A DNA stretch of 64,000 nucleotides from Camelus ferus (lineage: Eukaryota): assembly GCF_009834535.1 (NCBI RefSeq), contig NC_045697.1, positions 63,676,001 through 63,740,000 of the forward strand, written 5' to 3'. Below the pieces are notes generated by a model. It had not been told where the DNA came from. It worked only from the letters and a program-made list of their open reading frames with translations, and ran no database searches. The position numbers and the translations under genes are program-made. Positions 1 to 11,250 of the stretch are shown here, one piece after another. Position 1 is the stretch's first letter. Every line of letters begins with the position of its first letter.

Positions 1-316
1 CGAAAGGACCGTGACTCCACTAGTCATAGTTTTCCTATTTCTTCATTAAATGGATTCGTATTGGTGATCTCATGAAGTAATTATTAGCTTAGAATTTTCT
101 TTGATCTATCTCACTAATTTTAGTATAATAGATGTTATAAAGGTTTTTTTACATAAATACATATGAAAGTGCTGAAGATATTTGTTAAGGAAATGATATA
201 CCAGAGGCAAAAATGTTCTCCAAGAGACTTATAAACATTATTTTAAAGTAAGTAAATACTAGATACAGAGATAATTTACCTAGGTACTTTGAGAAACAAG
301 GGGAAAGGGCTCTCTA

Positions 317-475
317 TTGAGTACTTACAACATGTGCTTGTATGTTCTAAGACCCTTGTAGCAATCATCTGAGTTTTTGCACCCATTTTCGAAACAGGTG
401 TGTAGCCTTAAAAAGAATACATGACTCGTCCAAAGTCGCAGAACTTATCATGATAAAAGGCAGGCTTAGAACCTC
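317..475 (-). mobile_element. MIR SINE fragment
   Basis: Reverse-strand MIR core-like: cccattttc...gactcgtccaaagtcgcagaac...ggcttagaacc. Confidence 0.55.
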
Positions 476-477
476 CC

Positions 478-655
478 AACCTACTACTTAATATTTGTAC
501 AACTTATGTAAGATACTTGATCTGTTTGCCTCAGTTTCCTATTCTATAAAATAAAGATAATGACCTGTACAATGGGTTATTGTAATAAGTAAATCAATTA
601 ATAAACATAAAGCACTTAGAACTGTAGTAGCACATATTAAACTCTATTTGTATTT
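478..655 (+). mobile_element. MIR SINE
   Basis: gcctcagtttcctattctataaaat core and aaagcacttagaac...gcacata 3' part. Confidence 0.8.
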
Positions 656-1544
656 AAGTGTGCAGGTCTCTAGCTCCATGTTTGTTTCACTGCAGCATAG
701 GAAAACTGGACATTTAATTTACTTGGCTAACAATGTGCAAACATTTATAGCACTAAGATAATATTGCTTTATATAGATGCATTCATTGCCTGCTTCAAGA
801 TTGACTATATTCCTGCACTTAATATTTCTTGGCTATTAACTTCATCAATTGAAAAATAGTAAATACACAAATCATAACTTGTATATTAATTATCATATTG
901 CTGCCTGGTTTTTTAAATGCTAAATATGTTAGTCAGTGTACTAAGCATCATGCAGGAGAACACACAGAAAATGACAAGTGGGTAATTAAGGTCTATGAAT
1001 TTTTAAAAAGCCAGAAAGCTACACTATTGATATATGAAGAGAATCCAAAGAAATAATTTCAAATAATAATCTCAATTCTAATTGAACATTTGGCAGTAAT
1101 GCAAATGCACTGCACCTACTCCATCCAGTACAGGAGCCACCAGCCCTATACAGATCCTGAGTGCCTGAAACATGGATATTGTAACTGAGGGCCTGCATTT
1201 TGTATCTGGTTGTATTTTAACTTAAGTTGAAATAACTACCTGTGGCAGTTGGACAGCACAGCTCTAGACAAACGCAAGAGAGAGTCAATGCTGCTTGTGG
1301 GTTGAGAGAGCCGTGGAGGCAGGACTCATGAGGTGGGTCCCTGCTCATTCATTTCTGTAGGAAGGAAGTGATCTTCTGAGCCTAGGAAGGAAAAGGGGTT
1401 AGCAGGGCGGTAAACGAAAACCAAAGTAGGAGGAGTTTGCAGAAGTCTCAAACTAATAGTCCTTGATCCATACTGGGGATGAGAAAAAAGTTTCTAAAAT
1501 TTACATAAAAACCTCAACTTTCAGCTTCTTAAAAAAAAGAAATA

Positions 1545-1640
1545 TATGGCGCAAATTAATTAACCTCTCCGAGGCATATTTTCTTCATCTGTGAAATGTA
1601 AAAGCTGGATGAAAAGACATCATTTCATCCTGAAAGTGTA
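1545..1640 (+). mobile_element. MIR fragment
   Basis: ttaacctctccgaggcatattttcttcatctgtgaaatg matches the MIR core. Confidence 0.6.
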
Positions 1641-2424
1641 CTTTATGACTACTCATTATTCTGTTAGATGTTTCTGGTTTTATTCTATCTGCCTAGCACA
1701 GTTTTTTATAACAATTGTCTAATAACTCCCAGGTCACACCTTCTGTCCTCAGAAAGTTCAGTTGCAGACTATTGACTAGCCAGCCATCTCATAAATGTTT
1801 GTCTTTGCTTATGGGGAAAAGGAGTGTGTTTCTGCTCAGAAAAGTAAAGGTGCAGATTTCTCTCACTGTGGTTCATTATTGTAATCTTCATTTAGAGACA
1901 CTATACAAAATAAGTTGGACTATTACACATGACACTGCCTGGATGAGCTGACTTTGTCATAAAATATGTAATTAATTTTTCAAACAACTGTTTACAACCC
2001 TAAGCTGTACAAGTATATTAGGTTATCTTGGAATAAATTTTCCCTTTGATACGGTGTCACAGAACACTATTTGTCCTACATGGAAGAGCACTTTATCCTT
2101 CAACAGTAGTCTATGTACTGGATCTGCTGCAGTACCAGAAGACATGAGTTTGACAAATATTTAGGTAATAGATGGATTTTATTTTCACGATGTTTATTCC
2201 TTCTAGTTATTGATTCATAACAAAGATTTGCAAATGCTTATTCAGAAAGAGCTCCCTGGAATTTAGAAATAATGCTTGAGTAATGCATAGTAAATTGAAA
2301 ACCTCTTATATAAAAAATGCCTAAGTTTCATGTTGTTTGGTTTGACTATATTTTTCTGTGAGGTATTTTAAAATCTAGAGTTGTCAGTCTTTTTTTGACT
2401 TCTCTGTTTTGGATCATTTCAGCC

Positions 2425-2427
<3 letters not shown>

Positions 2428-2453
<26 letters not shown>
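2428..2453. repeat. poly(T) run, 26 nt
   Basis: Read directly. Confidence 0.95.
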
Positions 2454-2459
<6 letters not shown>

Positions 2460-2908
2460 ACTTGGTTTACTGAGAATTAGTTCTTCTTTGAAGTTACATG
2501 AATTCTGTAAGGCTTTCAAATACCACAGATTGTTTATAGCATTATTTTTAAATAATCACATTTTAAAAAGATACATTTTGGTAATATATAGTATCAGGTA
2601 AATGAATCATTAAAACATACAAATCTATGCTGTAAAAATTTGTTACCACAAATTCAACCTTGTGTCACATAGATCTTTTTTTCCTAGTGTTATTTAATCT
2701 TGATAAATGTTGTATTCCAAGTAACACATTATTTCTGAACCATAAGTACTTCAGCTGTTAAGTCCTTTTGTCACCTCAGTCAGTTCTGACTTCATAGTCC
2801 TACATTTATACATTATACTTTGGAACAGTGTTATAAAGCAATTGTCTAGCAATAGAAAAAAGTGTGTGCCACCTTTGTGTAGCTCCTTATCTTGTTTTTA
2901 TTTGTATT

Positions 2909-2946
2909 TGTATTTCATTAAATCCCTTGTATTTCATTAAATCCCT
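2909..2946. repeat. Perfect 19-bp tandem duplication
   Basis: TGTATTTCATTAAATCCCT x2. Confidence 0.9.
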
Positions 2947-3249
2947 AGTCTTCATTTATATTATTTACATGTTATAAACTTGTTCAAAAACTTTGTTTTG
3001 TAAATTAATATCTTAATGTGCATTTCAAGTTTGATATCTGTTTAGGAGAGACAATGCTAGAATAATATCTGACCCTGCTATTGTCTATAATTCTAGAATA
3101 AGGAATTCAAGGAAAATTAAGGCATCATTTTTACTCTCAATAACAGTCTAGGGGAGACTAAGAAAACAGAGTGACAACTAAGAAGAGGAGAAAAAGAAAA
3201 CTAAACACACTGTGGTGTTATATAAGACAGCACAAGCCACGCAAAAACA

Positions 3250-3262
3250 CCAGTAGGGGGCG
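3250..3262 (+). promoter_or_regulatory. CTCF core motif (candidate)
   Basis: CCAGTAGGGGGCG fits CCASYAGRKGGCR. Confidence 0.55.
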
Positions 3263-3504
3263 GGGGGGAAAAAAGGAAAGATCCATGTTGCTTTCGAAAG
3301 GCAGGAAAGGAAGGAAGGCAAGTGGCATTGATGTCAGATTTTGGGTAACAAGTAGTATTTTGATAAGAAAGGGACAGAGACCAAGAGGGTAGGTTAGAGT
3401 TAACTTTTAGTTGTTTTATGTTACAGCTGGATTTGATTGCAGGAACTAGCAAGATACTGAAGATTGTTAATTTACAGGAACATGGATAATGTTAACTGTT
3501 ACAA

Positions 3505-3692
3505 AGAATATAGCTCTCAGACTTGAGGATACTGCAGATTTACCTGAAGGCACTTAAAAATACAGATTACTTGGTCTCACCAAGTATTTCTGATGCAATA
3601 AACTTGATTGGGGCATCAGAATTTACCTTTCTAGTTAGTTCCCCAGATTGTGCTGACACAGGTGGCTTGGGAGCACCCTTGGGGAACCACTG
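3505..3692. mobile_element. MER5A/B-like hAT-Charlie DNA transposon
   Basis: aaaatacagatt...tttctgat...ttcccca...gaaccactg terminus. Confidence 0.7.
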
Positions 3693-3923
3693 ATCAAGAG
3701 TAAAACTTTTCCCTAAGTGGTTCCCTGCAGCCTCCCAGGTTAAGGAATAAAAAAAAAACTGAATAGTTTTTTATTAGCAGCTAACTTGTAATACATATTG
3801 AAGCTCTTTGAGAGACAAACAGTCTCTAGAAGAAAATACATGCAAATACACAAAATTAAAACTTCAGCTCAGTAAACAGTAGTAACTAGAGTAAGATGCT
3901 GGAAACTCTAATGCTGTTATACC

Positions 3924-4890
3924 TGTATGAGTTAGAGCTCTGGCAGGAGATAGAATTCATGCAGATGGTTCAAATAAGAAGTGTTTAATGAAGAGACAGT
4001 TTTACTGAGTCCAAATTTGTTACGGTTGCCACATGACAGGCCAGTAAATCAAGAGAAAAGGTTTTGGGACAAGGAATAATGACTTTATTCTGAAAGCCAG
4101 CAGACCAAAAAGATGGAAGACTAATGCCCTAGAGAACCACTTTACCTAAGTCAGATTTCAGGCTCCATATATATTAATAAGGGGAAGAAGTGTGGTTGGT
4201 TGTTGAAAACTTCTTGGTGTCTGAATCCTTTGTTCTTGCAGCTGTCCACATAGGTCAGGTGATGATGCTCCTATAAGCCTCCAACAAGACAAATGTTATT
4301 CTCTATTCTGCAAAAATGTTTCTCTATATTAATGGGAAAATGTTATATCCTTAATGGTGAGAGCCTTGAGAATGGGCTATCCAGTATATTTCAGTCTATA
4401 AACAACATTCTTTTGTAGAAGGTGCAGAACCAGCATGACTAAGCAAGGCAACAAAGCACAAGGTTAGAACTAAAGGAACAAATTTAATTTGGAGTCAGAT
4501 TCAATCTTCCCTATTATAATAGCTGTAGAAATATTGACACAGTTGAGGCAGTTGGGAGCCAATGCCACCCCAGGTGCCCAGGTGGCAAGGGGAAAGTTAA
4601 GATAGTTACCAGAGTCCATGAGGAGCTGGAACCATGATGCAGAGGCTGGTCCCTGGAAAGCTTTGGAGTTTTCTTAGAAGCATACAGCTATTATCAGAAG
4701 TACTGAAGCAGAAAAAGAGTTAGAAATGCCCCAGACCTCTCTCCCTTGGTACTCCAGTCTCCTGTTGCTACCTCCTTTTGGTTGAAATTAACTTGAAGCC
4801 AGTTTGTGAGGTATCCTTGGGGGGAGGCAGCCAGTGTGATCAATATCCAAAACACAGATAAGTTCTGAGAAGGCTGGAGATTATAAGTGA
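3924..4890 (-). mobile_element. MLT1 (ERVL-MaLR, MLT1N2-like) LTR interrupted by a younger LTR
   Basis: Starts tgtatgagttagagctctggcaggagatagaattc...tttaatgaag; similarity resumes after 4522. Confidence 0.65.
4000..4518 (-). mobile_element. ERV1-type solo LTR, about 520 bp
   Basis: ttactgagtcc...gactttattc (reverse AATAAA)...ctattata; flanks ACAG (3996-3999) and ATAG (4519-4522) fit a 4-bp TSD with one mismatch. Confidence 0.75.
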
Positions 4891-5859
4891 GGGACCTGGT
4901 TCTACTTTTTTCCCTTGTGTTAATGTAAGTCCTGCTCCCAGTTCTATTTTATGCCTTTGTATTTGGGTGGCAATAGGCTGAGCATGGAGCAGCATAGAGG
5001 TGAGATGAACAGTCTACATGCTAACTTACTAGGGACTCACAAGTGTTTTTGGACCTGCTTTATCAATTAGATGGGAATTAAAATACTCCTACTACAGCAA
5101 AACCTTAAGCAGAAACAGTCATAACTCAGAAATGCTGTTAAAAGCCTGTTGTTTGCTCTGCGTATAAGGAGATAAATATCCAAGCTTCAGAGGGATGATT
5201 TGCTCTTTCTTTAAGTCCCTGAGCCTGTTGTATAAACACCAAGAAGGCTTTAAGAACTTAGTTGTCCCTCCATCAAAGATGAAACACCTTTTAGAACTGG
5301 TTTAAATACCTGCAGGTAGTCTGATGTGATAAATACCAGCACTATTTTCTAATTCTCAGTTGTAAACAAGAGATTGCCTTTATTGTCTCAATTATTTTAG
5401 GATCCCTTCCTATAGTCTCTCCAGAATTCCTAAAGCAAGAGCAGAGGCAGAATTCATTGCCTGCTGATAGCAATAAGACAATACTTGACATTCAGGATGA
5501 TAGAAGGATCCCAATTGTCTTCTTAGCCTTAAGTCCTTTGACTTTTCTAAATGCATCCTAAGTATAAAGCAAAGTAAGCAAATCATTTTTCACCATAAAT
5601 GCCACATGTTTAACTCATTCTGCATTTTTGCTCATGTAATTGATTTTGCTGAAACCATCTTTTCTTATTCTGTGTCTGCTTGTTAAAATATGTAAAGTTT
5701 CATCTCAAATACTTATCTTTCCATGAATCCTTCTTTGATTCTTGCAGCAGGAAACTTGAATACCCAGAGTGTCATGTGTTACTTTTAAACACTGTTATCT
5801 TCCTTTATATTATAGTTAAAAATAACTAAACATTTCGTACCCTCAATTTGAAGCACGTT

Positions 5860-6100
5860 TTACCATTTGCTGCTGTGATTTATGGAGAAATACTTGTATG
5901 GGCCTTGAACTGGGAACATCTAAATAGTTTAGTTTCTTTAAGTTACTTAATTTAGGGTCAATGTATCGCTCTAGTTTCATCTGAAAAATGATTACTATAT
6001 AATTTACCTCAAAGTGTGACAATGAGGCTCAAATGACCCTTAATTGATGATGAAAATAAGCAAATACAAGAGTAGACTATAAATGTTAGTTCATTTACTT
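5860..6100 (+). mobile_element. MIR fragment
   Basis: Degenerate core tttcatctgaaaaatg...tacctc...atgaggctcaaatga. Confidence 0.5.
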
Positions 6101-8045
6101 ATTTTTAGTGTCTTTTACATGGTTGGAAACCAGAAAGTTTGTATTAAGTTGAATGAAATTGGAAGTTCACAGAACACTATACTGGAGTTAAAAATCCTTA
6201 AGTATCCTGAATGAATAAAGAGAAAGTGAGGGAAAAATATCTTGACAGTTTCTTCATGATTACAAAGCCAGAGCAAAACATACACATGTGTACATGCATA
6301 TAAACATGTATGTGAGGCTTGTTTTGAAAAAGATTTTAAAACATTTTAGAAAGGTGTATAAGAAATATCAAGGTGTAGCAACAGGATAGTAAGATGGAAG
6401 AGGTGAGGGACTGATGTCAAAAGTAAAATCGGGGTTGGAAAGGGAGATAAAATTCCTATTCGTTTACTTCACTTGCTGAAATTAAGCTAGAAGATTAGTT
6501 CTCAACATTCTAGAACCTGAAACAAAGTTTTATTTTAGCCATAGGACTCCTCAAAATATTATGAGAGTCAAACAGAAGGGGGTAAAAAAAAAAAAAAGAT
6601 GAATTGGTCAGGAAAAGCACAACTATTGCTGGAGCTGAGTTCAAAGAAAGAATTCATCCTTTAGCCTCTTTAAGATAATATATCTTAATGTGGTGAACAG
6701 TGACATTCTTAGAGTAAATATGCCATGCACAGGGGTATTTCCCTGTATCACAGTGGAGGGCACCACGCCAGAGCATAGTTCTCTAAGCCTACCCCACAGA
6801 GAGTCATTGTCATTGACATATGTGATTTTTCTCAGGGTGACAGTCAAAAGATGCAGTTTAATATACCCAAGAAAAAGGAACTGTATTTTTCAGAAAAGCC
6901 ACCATAGGTTTTGTTGCTCTAAACTGAGCTCTTGATTACTCCTGTCAAGTGGTTAATGTGATGGCAAGTCTCCTCTTTCTGATCTAAGCCTTTTGATTTA
7001 ACAGTCAGGCAGGCAGGGGCTACAATTGATAGATTCTGATAGGTGCCTAAATTAAAGGCCATTAAGTGGGCAAGTTGATCTCAATACAGGTAAAGGAGGA
7101 ATTCCATAAATATCTGAAAATTAACCTCAAACTGTTTACAGTATTCTGTTGTGTGAGATTGTGGGAGGGAGGGGACTATTCGGTATTTTATTTACACATT
7201 TCCTACTTTTAAAGATTTTTACAGTATGATATATTGCTTTAATATTAAAAAATATTTTAGAACCCTACAGCAAATCAAAACTAAAAGTAAAGTAGTAAGT
7301 GATTCTGGGTTCTCTATGCAACCAGCTTAAAGTCTGATTGAGGGCTTCATCTTCTCAGCCTTAAATCAGTGGTTCCTAAACTGGTGATCACAACTCACAG
7401 ATAGAATGCCAGAAATAGTTATTTAATGATAAATATATTTTGGAAATGCAACCTTTATGTCATCCTCTTGGTGATTCAAAATACACATGACTGCATTAAA
7501 CCTTTGAAGTCTTGCATTAAAGAATTATTTTGGACTTTGTTTAACTACAGGGGTTGGAAGTGGACAGGCACCCCTTCTGTGGGGCACCTGAAAATATGTG
7601 TGTGTGTGAAATGGATGTTTGGTTGTCACAGAATTGGAACATGACCGATACTTAGTGAGCTGGAACCAGGGATGGTATGAATGCTGTAATACATAAGACC
7701 ATTTCACAAGACAAAGATATCAAAGTGCTTAAAATACCAAAAGTTTCCTCATTGAGAACTACTTTTAACAAACTTACTTGACATGCAGCAGTCTTATTAC
7801 ATAATGTAGAATGGTGAATATGCTGAAATTTATATTTTAGTGTAAAGCCATAGATTCCATTGTACACTTCCCTTCTTGACCGTCCATATGGTTGTCTTAA
7901 AGACATCTCAAAGTTAATGTGTCTAAAAAAGAACAGATTTCTACTTCCCACCAAAATATCCACTTCTCCAAATCAGAATATTTGTTACCTTGGTAAATGA
8001 AACTATCAGCCATTCATTTGTTCAAGACGGAAACCACAAGGCTAC

Positions 8046-8072
8046 TTTTTTTTTTTTTTTTTTTTTTTTTTT
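8046..8072. repeat. poly(T) run, 27 nt
   Basis: Read directly. Confidence 0.95.
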
Positions 8073-8382
8073 AGCATCGTATAGTTTCTTGAGTCCATTC
8101 TACCTGCACAGTATATTTTGACTCTATTTTTAAAACCATGAAAGGTAGAAACCTGAAGTGAGGGTATAATATCAAATGTAAAACCAGAAATACTAAGATT
8201 TTTTTACTTTAGGGAAGGAGGAAAAATTAGAATAGAAATGAAAAAATAAGTTACGGAAATGGAGCCCTGAATTTAGATTTAGAGAGTGAACTAAAGTTAG
8301 GGATTAAACAGTTGACTGAAATACTAGAATAGCCAGTCAACTGGTGGTGTCTCTGCATCCGCTTTCCAACTCATTCCCAACC

Positions 8383-8446
8383 TCTCTCCCCTCCCCTCCC
8401 CTCTCCCTATCCCACCTCCCCTCCCCACCCACCCACACACACCTCC
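8383..8446. repeat. C-rich low-complexity tract (G-quadruplex-prone on the minus strand)
   Basis: Many CCC/CCCC runs separated by 1-3 nt. Confidence 0.75.
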
Positions 8447-8933
8447 ACATGCACTCCTTTGTTCAGAGCCAGCCTACTGGCCTCATCTGTGATCTCAGAT
8501 TTGGGATTGTCTCTGGTAAGCAAGAGTCATCAGAGAAGTCTTTCCCCTACCCTGTTCTGCTAAGAAATTTCAGATGTAGCTGGAGCAAACTAAACTTTTG
8601 GGACTAAAGGAAAAAGCCACCTATCTGTTGTTGCTGTTATTTATTATTGATTGTGCTGAAATTTCACCATCGTTTTAACATCAATCTTTTTCTTAATCAA
8701 TTACTTTGTTTTATATTCTCACTTGTCTCTCTTCTTTTCTGCTTTCCAATTTCCTTTTTTATTTTTAACCTGTTTTAACACTTCTGTGATTCTTTGCTGT
8801 ATATCCTATGAAATGATAGGAAAGAGGACTCTTGGTGCAAGATTTGTGTGCATATGTTTAAATGCGTATATTTGTAAATACTTTAATCTTTATTTAAAAA
8901 ATTATACTTGATGGAAATAAAAGTTACCATTTT

Positions 8934-9326
8934 CCCAAGTTTACTGAGATATAATTGACATATAATGTTGTGTAATCTTAAGGTTTATAGCGTTTTGCTT
9001 TGATACATTTGTATGTTGCAGAATAACCACCACCATAGTATTACTTAACACTTCCATCCCATCCCACAAACACCATTTCTTTTCTGTGGTGATACATAAA
9101 AGATCTACTCTCTTAGAAACTTTCAAGTATGAAATACAGCATTGTTATCTATAATCACCATGCTCTACTTTAGCTTCCCAGAACTTGTTGATCTTATAAC
9201 TGTATGTACCTCTTAACTAATATCTTTCTATTTCCCCCACCTCCCAAACCCTGGTAACCACCATTCTACTGTCTCTCAGTTTGCTTTTTCAGATTCTAGA
9301 TATAAGTGATATTGTACAATATTTAT
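8934..9326 (-). mobile_element. 5'-truncated L1 3' UTR (L1MA-like) with intact TSD
   Basis: gagatataattgacatataa...ctggtaaccaccattctac...tataagtgat; TSD TAAAAGTTACCATTTT at 8918-8933 and 9327-9342. Confidence 0.9.
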
Positions 9327-10619
9327 TAAAAGTTACCATTTTAATTTAATAAATTATTACCAAATACCAATGTTTAATGAAAAAAATGGAAATTTTAGAA
9401 TGTTATTTTTACAATGAATCATTTTTGTAAAATATGTATACATATACAACAGCCATATCTCTGGAGAATAAAAATAGGAAAAAATTATTTTCTCTTAAAC
9501 CTTCTGTAGACATAGCATATTTACAAAGAGCATATTACTTGTGTAATAAGGAAAATAGTTATATTTCAGTGCTTCAGTTCTTTACATAGGACCTGACAGC
9601 TGTATCATGGAGATAATGTCAGTTGAAAGGTTCTCTGTCCATAGGAGGTTTTTCAGCTGGGCTCTAAGAGGTCCAGCTGCAAGTATTGACACAAGGAGAA
9701 TTCATTGCCCCATGTGCACGAGCAGTACAGATTGTCCTTGTTTAATGTCTGAAGTTTATTGCTGCTGTAATAAATTTTCATTACACTTCATTTACAGTAA
9801 AGAAATATATAGTAAAGAAATGAAACATTTCTCATTTGAATCCTCTATAAATGAAAGATGACATACTATTTCCTGAGGTACTTGTAAAGAATGTATAATG
9901 AAAGGAGACCATGTTTTAAGTGGGAGGTTCAAAACAGTAGCTAATGGTCCTTAGCCAAGACTATAAGTATGCAATTAGCAGAAGGTTAACCAAGTACAAA
10001 GGAAAGCCAATAAACAAAAAATCAACTCGTGAATAGAGTAAAATTCTTTAAAATATATTTTTGATTCTGTATGTAGTTGGAATAATGTAGTCTCATTAAG
10101 TGGGATAAAAAAGAACAATACTATAAACTACAATTAATTATAATGAAATAAAGATGATCATGTATCCTTGTCTTGATTTTCCAATCCAAGTATTTATTTT
10201 AATCATGGTTTTACTGTTGCTTTGGTTAGCACATTGTTGGATTATCAAGCATAAAATAAGAGAAATTCATTCTTGCATACTCTCCTGCTTTTCATCCTAA
10301 GTTTATTATATAGATTCTCTTTTATCCCTCTTTGTTAAAATAACACTGCGAAATGAAAATGTAGATGACCTGAAAGTAATGTTTCATTAAGAGAGTGAAG
10401 GGAAAGATGTGATATATATATCTTTCTGTGGTCAGGAAGAGGATAGTGAGACCAAAAGTGATGCTAACCAATACGCAACTTGAAACATTAGGTTGATTAA
10501 TCAGTGAACCTTAAACAGACTAATTTTAGGAACACCTGTAACTTTAAAAATGATAACTTCTTAGTTTCACATAGAATCCTTTCCATATTATTTAAGCAGA
10601 AAATAGGATCCAGTTCCAT

Positions 10620-11250
10620 GAAAAATTTTACTAGTATATCACATTCTGTTTTTTCTTGTGTTTTCTGGACATCTCTCCAATATCAGCACGTTAAGCCTAC
10701 CTCATTCTTTCTAGTAGCTATGTAATAGCTCATTATGTAGAAATGGTAAAGTTATATTTTTTGTTCCATTCTTGGAAATTTAGGATATTTCCTTTTAGTC
10801 ACTGTTTTTTTTAAATGGCATAAAATGTGTATTTGTGCATATATAAGTATACACATACACACAAATATATATATGTACTGTATATATATAAATGTGTACA
10901 TATATACTTGATTAATTGTATCTGTCAAGAAGATTCTTGAACATAGAATGGTAATGTATGTATGTATATAGTATGCATATATGTATGTGTGATATATAAT
11001 ATGCATATATGCATATATATGCATATATACAAATACATCGGAACTTATATCTATAAGGACAGTTATTAAAAGTAGAATTACTGTACTGAAGGGTATGCAT
11101 ACTTTAAAATTTAGAAATATTTACATGGTCAAATTACTTTGTCTTGTTTGTTTGTTGTCATGCATACAAAAAAGCTTGCTTCACTCCAAGATTAAACTAA
11201 ATGGAACAAAAAAACTCCAGTTTTGTTCTAGTAATTTATAGCTTCAACTT
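10620..11250 (-). mobile_element. Old L1 (L1ME-like) 3' fragment split by a microsatellite
   Basis: ctacctcattctttctagtagc... and aaaagtagaattactg...gggtatgcatactttaaaattt. Confidence 0.6.
10826..11040. repeat. Degenerate (TA/TG/CA)n microsatellite
   Basis: Alternating purine-pyrimidine tract; accounts for ORFs 10752-11024 and 10912-11100. Confidence 0.85.

Noticed and set aside
10752..11100. His/Ile/Tyr-rich ORFs
   Set aside because: Translations of the (TA/CA)n microsatellite
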